Shown: positions 40,226 through 55,000, numbered from the stretch's first letter. The stretch: 64,000 nucleotides of DNA from Trichoplax adhaerens (GCF_000150275.1 NW_002060943.1:1664832-1728831), one strand, 5' to 3'. Notes: generated by a model from the sequence alone, not told the origin. Numbers and translations are program-made.

Positions 40226-43200
40226 CAGTCTGCTCGATGAGAGCAGTATTCTGCAATAAGGAAGTGATTGGATCCACTCCAGGAAAAGAAACTGCGTCAG
40301 CAACTGGATACTTTCACATGATTGAAATGAAGGCTAAAAAAAAAAATAAAAATAAAATAGATGAATAGTGAGTTTAATTGGATACACAGTGGCAGCTGGT
40401 TAGCTATTCTAGGTGTTAATGAAGAAGAGCTAAACATCAGTTGAACAGAATGATCAAATTAGATCAATTTGTTTAGGTCAATATTCAGTATACGAGTATA
40501 GACTGATCAGGCGAATGATCACATAGCTGAAAAATACATGAATATCATCGCAGATTTTGAAGGAATTTTTCTTACAAGATGTCTATTGCAATGCTGTATT
40601 AGAGAATTCATCAAATAATCAACGGGTGCCATGCGGTAGTAAAACAAAAATGACTTAACTCAATCACTAATATCGCCATTACAAGTATTCAATGAATTTT
40701 TCTTCTCAGATATCATTTGCAATGATTTGAGAAAGAAATAGAATCCATAAATGACAAGGACGTCTATCATCGTTAGAACACACTAGAAAAATAACTTAAG
40801 TTCAATCGCCCATAAATACCAACCTACTACAGTATCAAAATATCTGCTAGTGGATTGACAATAGCTTTTGGTTCTGACGAAAAATTTACCAACAAACTAA
40901 CAATGCCAATCCAAACATTCACCTTTTTGCCTCATTTCTTGCCGCTAGGAAGATAGATTGTAATCTGCTGCCATTCTCTCACGGGCGTCCATTCAAAGAT
41001 TCATGGCGAATGAACTGGCATACATGCAGCAATAACAAGCCAGACAATAAATACTCTGAAGGTCATTCTACAGCCTTGCAATGTCATCGATTATACGTTG
41101 ATGCACTCTTTGACTCCATATAAAATCAAGGGAATAATGAATAATAATAATAATAACAACTGTAATCATAATCATTAACTATAATAGATGATTATTATTA
41201 TTATTATTGATGATACAGTTGAACTCCAACATTAAGAATTACTACCGACACTCAGTGAATGCTAAGATTAACTGCCTCGATACAGCATATTTCATCTACT
41301 TGATACTACTATCGTGCATAGATTACTACGTCCGATTGCACTCGATACTAGCTAGCATTACGAGTACTATATTGTAATCGTAAAGATGAACGAAACAAAA
41401 TCCAAAACCAACAGTAAATATGCCATTTTGTTTTAGCGGAAAAATATGCATCACGTTAGTGCATGTAATGAAAGGCGTGCAGTAATTCGCCTACCTAGCA
41501 TGTCAAAGTCAATCTATTGAATTGCACATTTTCTATTTTCCCCATCTATATTACATAGCACATAATAATGGAGAATGAATCCTGGCAACGGCCACAAATA
41601 GTTCTCTGGCCGTTGTTGGTCAAACACGTACAATGACTTATCAATCATAATGGACTCGATGTCTTACGTGCTGCGTTATGGCCATACAAGTTGCCATCCA
41701 CATCCAACAGCAGCAGTCCTTCATGGACAGTACTCTACCTGAATGCATGATTAATTAAACAAATTTCTTCGTACAGCTATACTTATGAAAGCAACAGAAT
41801 AGCGCATTGAGAGAGAGCAATAATAAACATAAGAGTATTTATATTGATACACATGTGTATACTGTACTGTATGTAGACAAATATTATACCATTTTATAAA
41901 CGTGTCAATAATATTATAATCAATCAATGAAGCCATCTACTGGAATAGGTAAGAGCAAGCAGGGATTATCTTAGCGTGCAAACGTAAAAATGAAGTCATT
42001 AAACAGTAAACATTAATACAAATAGCTGAAGTTGTCTCATAGTGGCCCAACATGGTACCTATAGTAATCATTTCATTCGTTTGCAGCATTTTCAGTGCTC
42101 AAATTCAGCCCAAAGTGAGGAACGATACGAATCAATAATTAAGATGATGTCGTTGCTTCAATAAATATGAGCTAAAGAACTAGCATTTAAAAATAATTTA
42201 ATCAAGATACCAAGTATAATACTATGCATAGCATAAAGTTTATAAAATCATTCTTTCCTAGAAATGCAGGAAATAATATGGCACTTTGATGCGCTACTAA
42301 TTACTGTCATTACAGTATGCTGTACGGCCTCATACCTACCTACACTAGAATCCTTGCAAGGGAATATTCTTAAAATCTAATCTTATAACTACAGATATAA
42401 CAAGGCTAATGCAAAAGCCTAAAACAGTCATATTATAATTATTATTTATCCTTGCATTAGTAAAGTATGATTTTATAGCCAGTTTTGAATTTTAAAGTCT
42501 TGATCTCAAGATACTGAAAAAGTTTCTGAAAACGAGGAGGGATGTTAACAGAAGCTATTGTATAATATAAACGTCATAAATTTGACATTATGTAAAATCA
42601 ATGTGATTATTATCTAAACTAATGTAAAACTGCAAGTTTGTAATCTTTAGCAACAAAATAGATTGCTCAACTTGTTACTAGATTCGAATGATGAACCTTC
42701 AACAGTTGTAGCTGCAGTATTACAGGATATCGTCAATTTTTCTGAACTTTAACACGGTCAAGCCTTCACTCCATAACCTATTAGTTCCTCTGCAGATATA
42801 TTTGGAACCGCCTTAATCTGTAGCTAACCATACCAAAATGTTCGAACTACGAATACGTTACTTTTAACAGTCTTAGCTACAATACCGTAGGATATCACCA
42901 ATTCCTGAACTTTAAATATTGTAGCACTTTGATTCTATAGTCTAGAAGTAACACTATAAATGTGCGCAGGTGTATTTGAAATTGCCTAAATTTTTTACGA
43001 CTAAAAATAAAATGGTATCATGCGACGCATCTTCTCTTGATTTTCAGTTGTGCACGCTGTCCATTAGACCGTTCAGATTTTAACTTGATGAGTAAGTAAA
43101 CTTAAGAATGCATTACTGAGTAAGTAATGTGGTAAATGGAAATAATAAATACCGTCCGAGTGCCATTACTATTGTATACAACCTAATAAATGGAGACAGT

Positions 43201-43662
43201 AAATATATGCCAGAACCCCTATAAACTGTTAAATGGAAGGTAATATTATACGCATGGCGAAAATTTCAGGTCTATTTCACTGTCATGACTGATAACTTTA
43301 TTGTATTCCGATAATGGTGTTGCCTATACTGGATTTACACTTTATACTACGTACCGTCACTAGACAATTTTAAATCTATTTTTAAAATATGAGACTAAAT
43401 GCTTGTAACTAGAGATTGATCCAGACTTAAAACGGACTATGATCTGTCTTAAGATAAGCTAAACTATAGTGAAAACTGAAGATCTCAAAATGGTCTCCCA
43501 CTTCACTACTATCAAGAAATACGATCCTACAATGTCGATTTACATACACCCGATATCTAAAAGACATTTATGCAAGTACATGAAAGGAATCAGCCCGAAT
43601 TTTTGCAATTGTATTTAAAAAGTTGACTATTGAAAATTTTATAATTTACTTTAGGAGGGATT

Positions 43663-43704
43663 ATCGATCGGAATACAACTCCGATCGATTTACTAGCAGC
43701 TAGT
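43663..43704 (+). mobile_element. Helitron-like 3' terminus (hairpin plus CTAG|T)
   Basis: Perfect 10-bp stem atcgatcgga-(7 nt)-tccgatcgat at 43663-43689, then CTAG at 43700-43703 followed by T. Confidence 0.3.
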
Positions 43705-46700
43705 TAAACCCGACGTTTTCCGAGTTATCTTAGAAAATGAAATTTATGACGTGAAAATCGCTCAAATCAAATATCAAATTTGTTCTCCAAGTTATGATAC
43801 AAGTAATTGTGAATGATTTATTAGGCAACCCATTAACTGTGCACATCCCCTTTAGCATAGTACTGTATACAGGTGGATATTAACATTAGAATTTTAATGC
43901 GATTGTTATACTTTCAATTATACGTAAAAGATTGTTGTAATAAAGTTAGAAAGGTTCAGTGTACAATTCTTTTAATATACCAAACTAATTACAATATTTA
44001 CACTCCGCAACACGAGCGTACATATACCATTAGCTGCATGGCTAAGTAGATATTATGATGATACTGTTTTACCTTTGTAAACTATATCAACACGAAGCTA
44101 TAAGATGGAAAAGGTATAACCATGGGTATACTTAAAGCGATATCATGATGATACTATTCTATCTTTGCAAGCTGTATTAACATGAAGGTATATCGTGAAA
44201 AGGGTAAATACCGTTATCGAGACATCGAACTATAGTCTCGTTTAAAGTATCAGCTCATCTATCCTTTGTGATATTCATTCATGATTTACACTACCATTTC
44301 TGCGAAGTAGATATCTAATGTACTGGAGTGCAACGGGGCGAACACTTCAGCGACAACTTCATTAGCATGTTGAATGTATACTACCAAAATCTATGACTTT
44401 GATCTGTATTAATGTATACTCAAACAGAACCAAAACATGCTACAAAATGTAACAGGAAGTAGGGAATCATGTGCACTAAAGCTGCAGTAGCTGTAACCTA
44501 TCTATTGCTACCTAATCAGTAATAATGTCGCTATGCGAGTATTTGTCCTGTAGTTATATGAAATACAGATATGAGATACAAATTCTTTTTTTGACCGCAA
44601 AAAGTTTTGTTGTGACGTTCTTTCTATTACACTATTAATTATAAATATTACTGCACACCTTTAGAATACTTTAGAAACATGTAACAAGAATCTATTTGCT
44701 TATTAATATTTGGCGCTAAAATTGTATCCATGTCATATGAATCCTCAATAATCTATGATAATTAATTGCTGAAACTTGCAACATAGGTCGCTACATCTAA
44801 TGAAAATTCACGGTAGAAAAGTACCACTGTTATAAATTTCGTTTCAGTCAAGGTGTTTTTATTTATTATACAATTAAATAAGAGATATTCTAAATTACGC
44901 AAGGGATATATGCAGCATATTCGTACGAGTATATGCCTTCTCTGTACAGGATCTTAAATTAAAAAGATTTTATAGTCGCAACTTCCATGAGCAACAGCAT
45001 TATTTACAGGTCTAAATACTAGTTTGTATATTCTTCGAACATTAAATGTGCATTTAGGTTGTCATTCTACGCAATGGCTTGATTTTACTGCTAATCAAAA
45101 TATTTACATCATGTCATTAAGAGAGAAAAGGTAGAATAGTGCGCAATTGCGTTAACATATTAAAGCTTTAAAATTAATGTGAATAACGGTCTGGATATTA
45201 TAGAAAGGTCTATAGCTTATGCATTAAGTGCGAGATGGTAGCTCAGAAAAAATAATATATCTAGACTTGTACATTGTGATCATCTGAAGGAATGTCGCGT
45301 AATCTTTGTTAATGAGGATTAGAGATAATATCACTACCTTAATTGAACACTTATATGCTGCTATTTTGAACGACAGATATGAAATCTCTTAGTAACGTAA
45401 AGATTGTGGAGAGTAAAGATTGTGGAGATAGAGGGAAAATCTCTTAATTTTACAATGTAAAAATAGTGAAAGTTTAAGGCTTAGGATTTAGCATAGAATT
45501 ATGGGTAATTTGCTCCTGAGTGTACTGCTGTATCCATTTTATAAACCTGTCGTCAAGACTTTCGGTTTGGATAACAATGTAGGCATAAATTTATAGACAA
45601 GAAATCTTGTAGTGTAGCGGTATGTGAAAGATGTGAATTATTTACTTATCCTGCATTAATACTCTATTATCATTCAAGTGATTACTTTTAATCCAGTCCT
45701 TTTCATCATTTTCCATGATAATGACTTAACTTATCGTGGGCTCTACATCTGTCATTCATGATATTTACAAAGAGAAATTGAAAATAAAATTTTTTTTCGG
45801 AATCATGCACTCTATTATTAAGAAGGAATTCTTTACAGTTGATAAACATTAGGGACCCAAATAGAGCTTACAAACCGTTATGAAATTTCTAGGAATATGT
45901 CATGTTGATGAAGGTCCTTTCTATAGCCCCAGGGTTGAAATTGATCTCAACTAAATATTCATTCGGAAGATTAGAATAGATTCTTATTTACATTTTCTTT
46001 ATTAAACCTATTCACAGTCAGTAAACATCGTTACCGACTGGAGGGGTACATGCAATATTTATTTACCATAAAAATGGTTCGGTTTCACCATATCAACCAA
46101 ATAATTTTAAAATTACTGTTTGATCTAGTAAATATCTTCCAAAGGATACTTTAGTTTTGCCTCTCAGGGCTATACTGTACTTATATGCTGCCGTCTTACT
46201 TATATCTCCTCTCTTTAATAGAACTCTCTATTCACTAGTCTTAGTCTTTCTTCCTTTTACTTATCATAGCATGCAATGTCTGTAATTGAATCACCAATAT
46301 GCAATTGCTAATTTACGAGTATGTATACTACGTTACGGCATTTTTACTGACATAAGGCCTTTGCTTTGATCTCATAATTCTTATGAACTATATTCTATCC
46401 AATATTTTCATCGTTGTCTTTATTATTCCTAAGGCTATGGCTTTAATATCTAAATTTAGTCATGCATTCATTGAAAGTGATTCTTTCAAGGCAGTACTTC
46501 TTTCGTAGGTGAACTTACTATTGTTACCAGCTGCGGATCTATTGCAGGACATCAATTTATTCTTAGCTAGCAAATAATATGAATGAAGTCGGGATTAAAT
46601 TGGTAAATAAAAGAATTGGCCGTTAATAGTTTAGATAATAACCTTGTAAAACAGCCTGAATAATGTTCTTACACTACATACTACTACCTACAGATCAATA

Positions 46701-47588
46701 TTAAGGTTACTTTACTAAATATTCAGGATATAATTCAATCTTAAATGGTTGAGATTGAGTTAATGAGGCTGTGCAAATGTTAGAGATTATTTTCATCGTC
46801 ATTCTCCGCTTCGACTTCCGAAATACCAATCAACTAAAAGTTGGCATTTATTTTACACTACGCATTTTTAATCTATTGCTATAAAGTATTGATCATGGGT
46901 TTCTACTCTTGTAAAATTAGCCTGAAGGTATTACGTTTATCTAAGCCCTCAGTCCATTCTCAATTATTATTTGTTTTGTACATTAATTTTTCAAAACAAG
47001 TTAATCAATCATTCATGAAAATGGCAGAGGGAGCTAGTACGGCATACGATTTATTTCTGTGACTAAAACGTCAATCTAGAGCTCACCATGACTAATTTGA
47101 AATACCTAATAGCTAGAAATAACTAAGATGATTTATTGCCAGCAGCATTAATCTTTAAAGAATTGGTAACAGTAGATCTTTTTATCTATTGATGCCTTTG
47201 ATCTCCAACATTTTTTATACAGCTAGGAAGTTTTACAATAAACATAATATTCATCTAATTAGCGGAAGATCGATTGATGGATTTATGAACTTGAGGTATA
47301 AAGTCTGACTAAGATTACATGGACTAGGAAAGAATATCTTGGATCAAATACGTAAAAAACTGCATCCACTGTATGTTAACCTCAGATGGTATGGACAGCT
47401 TGTCCTCTCTTGCCGCCAAAATACGCAATCATCAGTTGGGCATAAAAAATTAAGGAATGGTCGATAACCATTCATCTAGCCAGTAATACTTTTTATTGCT
47501 ATTCTAGTGATTCTATCAGGTAGAATTTTTAGCTTCTGCTACCCCATCAAGTAATTTGTCACACGCTGCCTTTTATTTAAAGAGAGAC

Positions 47589-50500
47589 ATGGTAAGATAA
47601 AAGATTTAATTTTTATTTCAGCTCATATCCCTGCCATTAATTGTTCTACTTTTATATAACCAAACGACCATCGACTCTGAAAATATTTTAAGCACTTTTA
47701 CTTTAAATACGTAAACGTCATTTATTGTTAATGCCAAAACTGCAACACGCCAAATTATAATAAAGATATTTCTAACGAAGGCAGAAATGGATAGGACATT
47801 CTCTGCCACCCTATCTGAATACTTAAATTTAATTTTAGTTAACTCGCACCACCCTTCCACAGATGATTATAACATGATTTAATCCGACATCAAATCCAAG
47901 ATAATGATCGCCAAGTGCATATACTAACATACGATGTTGTTCCTAATTTCGATTTAGTACGGTATTATCAATCATGTTTTTCAAGTCCTGGTGGAAGAGA
48001 GATTTGGCAAAGACACATGGCAACAGCTGAGGTAAAAAAATTAAACTAGATTCCTAATTCTCTGATACGGTACGAAATATAGAGAAGGTAATTTCTGTCT
48101 CGTTAATAGTGCAGAAGAGTTTTAATAGAAATTATCATAGTTGATTTCTATCGGATGTGACCATCCTTACTTGCTATAAAAATTATTTTTATCGTAAAGA
48201 TTTAATCCTTTTGCCTAATTTTAACTATATACTGGTATATGCGCACTTAGGATATAACAAATAATTCTAGAATTTTTAGCACGGTAATACTGTTTGTCAA
48301 ATAGCATATTGTACAGTAATTATGAATCACTTTTAATAGAGATTATCATCGCTGTATCATCTCCAAGTTAGGACGTATGTAGCATTTTAATTTACTACAC
48401 AAAGTTACTGAGGCCACGATAAATTTGAACAATAGTACAAAACCATCATTACATTTCCCTCACAGAATCTATTTTATATCGATAATTAAAGTCATTTCTC
48501 GAAGTACTGTCCTGTATAAGTATAACACAGCATGACTATAACATTTGTAAGATTTGAGGCAAGATTTCAATTTGTAGATGTGTTAAGTGTTGATCAACCC
48601 GTAAAAGCTGCTGGAATAAATCTAAGCATCTATAAATAATTATACCTTATCCACATTAGCGTAATTTTACATCCCTTTAAAAAAATATCCGTGAAAGACG
48701 ATTCATTTTTTAAGAAAGAAGGATATAGACTATCAAGAAAATCGGGCTGATACAATTTCCGGGCTTTTGAAGACATGAATCGCCTAAAGTACTATTTAGA
48801 GGTTGCTTTAGAAATATACAAGGCACTATTTTGATTTAACCCTTACTTGATATACAGTATAATAAGTACGGTATGCCTGCGATTATTCACTTGTTGTTGC
48901 CCATAACACCTTTTGTTTACGAAATTTCCAATTTGTTTGTAATAAGATTGAAAACAAGGAATTATTTCTGCTACGATAATTCAACAGCTGCTATTTCTAT
49001 TGATATGCTCGTATTACTGTAAAAGTAGACATTAGGCTTCTGTAGAAATGTATTATTCATATTCACTGCGTCTTATATTAAATCCAGTCCTTATTGATAA
49101 ATTCTAGTAAACTTCCATATTATGAGAATTCAATTTACCTTACATGAGTTTTTGAATATTTTATTTCAAACCATTAATCCTTTATTGAGCTAATTTTACC
49201 GTTCGTCCACTGATTGTAAAAGTATAGTTTGCTAACCAAAATGCTGTATTCTTTAAACCTTTGATGTTTCTTTAGCAGTCGGGTTATTATGTCTTTACTT
49301 TCGATATATACTCTGTATATCTTGTTGATTGCGTAGCGTTATTCTTAATTAAAGTAAGCATTACGTCACCAACATTGTTACAGATTCTTTACTATATAAA
49401 TAGGAATATGCCAATGATTCAACACAAGTGATTTTATATACCTATAACGGCAGAAGGTGCCACTATTTCTCCTCCTTACCTGCATTTAAATTATCAAACA
49501 AGGTCTTCCCCAATTTATGATGCAATTACTCCTTTGCCTAAGAAGCATCATTCCCTACCTTATATCGATATTTGAACTATACATGCATATATTAAGCCAA
49601 TTTATTAAAATAGATTAATATGAAATCTTGGAAATAGATGCAGCATCACTACTGACAGCCACTTCATCTTATAGGATATCGTAAAATGTATTATTGCATA
49701 AATCATCCATTATAACCCATTTACTGTTCTGGATTATTCTGTAACTACTAGTAACGCTAATATACAAATACTAAATCATTAAAGAAACTAGGCCTTCAGT
49801 ATAAGAAATACCCATATATCAAGCTAATTAGATGGCGTAAAATAGCAAGCATTTATTAAACTGACGTGATCCTAGGGCTATGGTATTTTCATCACTAAAA
49901 GCAACGCGTAGTATTCTATAAAAATATAAGACTCTTGGAAAATTATTGTAATTCATTAAGATTTTTCGATCAGCATGATATTTAATTTAATTAATTATAA
50001 AAAATTCAATATATAAATTGCTAATGAAAGCCATTTCATCAAATGCCATGAAAGTGTTGCTGTAATATTAAACTTAATTGCTTAAGATAAATAAGAATCG
50101 TTGCTTCCAAGAGCGATATATAGTACTCTTAATGTGTTTGAAAACCAAATATACGTTAAGATAACCTTACCATCTATAGATTATTTGATCCTTGCCATAT
50201 TCTAACTTTGATATTAAGATTCTAAAATGAGTAACGCTGTAATTTTTATGCAATGTAGGAATAAAATAGATTGTATTCCGGAGAAATTTATCATGAAACA
50301 TCCTTACGATGACAACATTACCGTAGACGTCGCTGAAGAATGTTCTAAATTATTGGGTATATATTGATCTATAGATTAGTTGTGTATCCATACCTATAGC
50401 ATTAATATATAATTATAGTACAGCATATTAGAGGTTGATGTTAAAATCTTATAATGACTTCCTAATTTTCTATTTCTATCTTTCGCTGTTTCTCTCCAAT

Positions 50501-53500
50501 ATATCATTTACAGGTATTTCAGTAGATCAATTTCTAGAAACTTATGGACAATTCTTTGTTGTTTGGTGCCATCGTACTAATTATGTCAGCATGATAAAAG
50601 TCATTGGATCTAACCTCTTCAATTTCTTAAGTAATCTAAATGCCCTCCATGCTCATCTATCTATGACTTTCAATGGTATGAAACCTCCAGAGTTTCAGTG
50701 CATGCCTTCAGATGATCCAAAAAAGTTTTACCTCCATTATTATTCGTGTCGTGAGAATTTATTCGGTATCGTTGTTGGTGCAACTAGAGAAGCTGCCCGC
50801 TCCCTCTTTAATCGTCGAATCTCCATTAAAATAATCAGTAAGACAGTTGACAATAGTCGTTATGCCAATCGCCATCACATCGTCTTCGAAATTTGCGATT
50901 TAGGTTACGCCGATATTAAATTGGCACGTACGGAAACAATTGCAATGGAGCCTGGAGCAGCAATGTTTGTTCACATGAATGGCTACAGCAGTGAGAGTTT
51001 TGATTACCAGTCACAAACTGAATACGTCAATTCTAAAGTCTTTTGCCGTATTTTTCCATTTCATATTATCTTCGATCAAGATTTAATTATTAAACGTGTT
51101 GGTGTTGGTCTTTATCGACGCTTACAGGATTTAAATACAGCGGATAAACCACGACTGGATCAATTTTTCGAATGTCTTAAACCACCTGTTAAACTATGTA
51201 AACGAAGTATTAAAAGCTACAGAAATAACGATTTTATCTTACAATGTAAAGATAAATCTATTAAAGAAGGCAATTTATTTCAATTAAAAGGTGAAATGGT
51301 CGAATTAGAAGAACATGGTTCACATTATATGTTCATCTGCTCACCCGTAGTTGAGAAGTTAACTGATTTACAAAATCGTGGTCTCTTTATAAGTGATATT
51401 CCACTTCATGATATGACTCGTGAATTATTGCTACTAAATGAGCAACGTTTAGCAGAATTTCAGCTGTCTAAGCAATTAGAAGAGACAACTGCTCAATTGC
51501 AAGCAACATCGGTAGCCCTAGAAATGGAAAAAGTTAAAGCAGATAATTTATTACATAGTATGTTGCCACCATTAGTCAGCGATCGATTACGCAATGGTGA
51601 TACAGTAGAGGCTGGAGAATATGAACAAGCTAGTATTATGTTTAGTGATATCGTAGGCTTTACAACCATTTGCAGCCAGTGTAGACCTATGGATGTGGTT
51701 CAGTTTCTGAACAGTTTGTATGTGAAATTTGACAAGCTAACCAATGTTCATGACGTTTATAAGGTGAGATCTACTGTTGCATACTAAATTATTATTTGAT
51801 TTATTTTCGCCATCATGTCAAGCGGTCTCCAATCGATTATTTTAGAACGAGACGAGTATAATTCAAGTTGAATATAGTGCCAGCTACACTGTACATATGT
51901 TATATTCAGATGCGGTGAAAGTACTATAAGAACACAATAAATTGCATCTTTCCCTAGAATTCTAGTTTTAAAAAATTTGTAATCGAATCATCTTAAGTGA
52001 AAACATTCGGTCATAATTAATTGAAGTCTTTTATGTCAACCACTTGATCATTTACGATGGATTGATTCTTACCACATTGGTAAATCATTTTTGCTAATAC
52101 ATCTAGTGATATCATTTCGCTAGTAAGATAAAATCATTCACTTTATTATCGATAATGATTGTCATAATGAATTTAATTTCATTGATATTAATGAAACACT
52201 ATTATAACAATCTATCAGGTGTTGTACTTCGAATCATTAACAAGTAGAGTTTGCCTTATTTTGTTTAGGTAGAGACTATTGGTGATGCATACATGGTAGT
52301 AGGAGGTTTACCGGAACCATGTGCTAATCACGCTGAAAAAGTAGCTCGAATGGCGTTATCTATGGTTGATTGTGCTGTGCAAGTATCATCTCCATCTGAT
52401 AACAAACCACTTCGAGTAAGTATAAAAAATTCTTTATTTTAAATAATAATCATTAGAATTACAGCTACAACTAATACTATAATTTAGATCGTATCTGCTG
52501 GACAGTATGGTGATTTTAATACATAAATGTTATCAAATACTGCATATTTTCAGTAATTGGTGTAGGTGATAGTATTATAGGTATTATTATATATCCTGCT
52601 TAGGAAGGACTATAAGTAAAAACGTTGATGCTTACATGATTCTATCTTAAGGCAAAGAACGTTTACAGTTTAAGTAAAAGATCTCATGTTCAGATAAAAT
52701 TTAGTAACCAATTTGTTACCGGTTAGATATGCGTAGAGATGAAGTAAATAAATTATTGGAATAAAAGGGGTGAACAGGAAATTAAAATCTACTTTCCAAT
52801 ATTACAATGACTTTCATGAAATATATCAGTAATAAGCAAGAAAATAGTATAATAATTTGGAGAGATGATAGGTACTGTAGAATCTTTCTATATTATTATC
52901 ACAATAATACTAATAGCATCTTTTATACCAGAATGGGAATTCATTTTAGCCATTTACGATATTGATTAAGATGGATAGCGAGTTATGCTATTGTTTAAAG
53001 TCATTAACAGCCTATCTTAAGCCAATTGATAGGACAATGTAATCGTATTTGCATCTGCTGGATAAATCTAATTTCTTCTGATACCATTTATTTTCATTAA
53101 CATGAGTTAAAAGGTAAACGTTACCTTTACTACATTATCGTAGATTAGAATTGGAATACATTCTGGGCCGGTAGTTGCAGGTGTTGTTGGAAGCAAAATG
53201 CCTCGCTACTGCTTATTTGGTGATACTGTTAATACTGCAAGTCGCATGGAAAGCCATGGCTTGCCTAGTACTATTCACATCAGCGAAGCCTGTTACAAGT
53301 AAGATAATTTAATAAGCTTTTATACCTTCACTCATTGAAATCGAACTACATTAGAGTGTTCTATAAGAGCATTCTCGCAGTGTTCTCTATTTAAAATATC
53401 AATATTACCAATCCTAAAGAAATGATAAACTTTGACAGATATTTGAAAGGTAAAGGGTTTCGAATGCAATCGCGAGGCAAGGTGGCAATTAAAGGAAAAG

Positions 53501-53709
53501 GATTAATGAACACTTACTTTGTTTTACGTGAATGTCAGAGATCGATCAATTTAGAGGATGATCCACTAAGGAAAAAATCGGAAACTGTGCCCCCTCTTTC
53601 TACCCTAAATCGGCAACTTGTTGATGATAAATTACCAGTCACTTCTAATTGCTTAAATATGGTATCGTGGAAAGCATCTAATGAGCAAAATTCCTGTGTA
53701 ATACAGTAA
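47589..53709 (+). CDS. Soluble guanylate cyclase, beta-type (beta2/atypical-like): H-NOX, PAS/HNOBA, coiled coil and cyclase domains; 665 aa; C-terminal CaaX (CVIQ)
   Basis: Exons 47589-47591 (ATG only), 47958-48031 (YGIINHVF), 50259-50356, 50514-51763, 52269-52415, 53144-53298, 53439-53709; GT-AG, 1998 nt in frame. Motifs NLNALHAHL (heme His), [65 protein letters not shown]. Confidence 0.95.
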
Positions 53710-54785
53710 ATCTAAATATCATTAGCAGAAATTTTATTAAAACTATAGTTTTAATCATCAATGAACACATGGATATTTGAATATAAATCATATTAGATTT
53801 TAGAAAAGACCATTAATATCATAATTATATTCGAAATGCAATATTGCGTAATCGAATTCGCTTCAGCCATCGACTCCAGAGTGCTTCCTCAGTAAGATTA
53901 GAATAAACTGTGTTATGTAGACTTTGAAACATGCCAATTAAGCAAAATAGGACCAAATCAATATAGTACTGAAATATCTTGGTAATAGCCATCGTTACTA
54001 TGCTTTCTATCACCTATTTCTCCTTGTTATTGTAGCTGCTATAATAACTGGCCAATCATTGTATATCCATTGTTAAACAAGAGATTCTGAAATGAAGTTG
54101 TAACAATCTTTATTTTACGCCTAACTCCATTAACTGTAAAATTATTCTATTCGAAAGATATAGCTGAAGGTACAGCAAACAATCGAGGGCAGATTTACTG
54201 TATCAACATAATAAATAAAATGATCGCCTTGTGGATCGTCTTCGGTTGTCCATGGTCAATTGATACACGGTATAAAAGTAATTTTAAAAAATTATAACAA
54301 GAATTTTCTATTATAGGATTCTTTTTTGCCTTGCTGATTCCGTATATTACATTGGTTAGAAATCTTTTAGTTGGCTAACAGTTGACAAATTGTGAAGGAT
54401 GCAGTTTCCTTCAAGTAATTGTAAACGATAAAATGATGTTGTATACGTCATTAATGTCACTACTATCATTCTACAAAGAATAATAGTCCATGTTATTAAA
54501 ACCTCTTAAACACCGACATGAAGCAACAATAATTACTTCTTTCTCTAATAATATAAATAGTATCATATTTGCAAGTAATAATATTCATACTGTAAGTTAA
54601 CTTCTCACGATAATGTTCTTTAAAACATAGTCCTGCTAAAACTGTAATTGATATTAAAGATCTGGAAAAACGCAACTAAAATTTTGACTTAAATATTTAT
54701 CAACAGCATTGACACCAAATGTTAGTTAAAAATTAAGTTACCAGTAGTTCATTACTATTTTAATACCAATGCTAATATTATTATT

Positions 54786-54841
54786 AATAATAATAATAAC
54801 AATGGTAGAACCGTAACGATAATAATAACTATAACGTAATA

Positions 54842-54872
<31 letters not shown>

Positions 54873-55000
54873 TAATATTAATAATAATAGTAATGATAAT
54901 GACAACAATAATAATAATATAATACTAATAATATAATAGTAATAATAAATATCATAATAATAATATAATAATAATGATAACAATAATAATAATAATGATA
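54786..55000. repeat. Degenerate (AAT)n microsatellite
   Basis: About 215 bp of aat/gat/aac triplets between the convergent 3' ends of the sGC and MBNL genes. Confidence 0.9.

Noticed and set aside
39431-40303. Hydrophobic ORFs 39431-39910 and 39992-40303
   Set aside because: The F/L/I/V bias comes from A-rich plus-strand sequence; no domain. Better explained as non-coding regulatory DNA.
50435-50513. ORF-track N-terminus of the 450-aa sGC ORF
   Set aside because: Intronic polypyrimidine tract; the true exon starts at 50514 and the start codon is at 47589.
54738-54983. Leu/Tyr/Ile-rich 81-aa ORF
   Set aside because: Translation of the AAT microsatellite.
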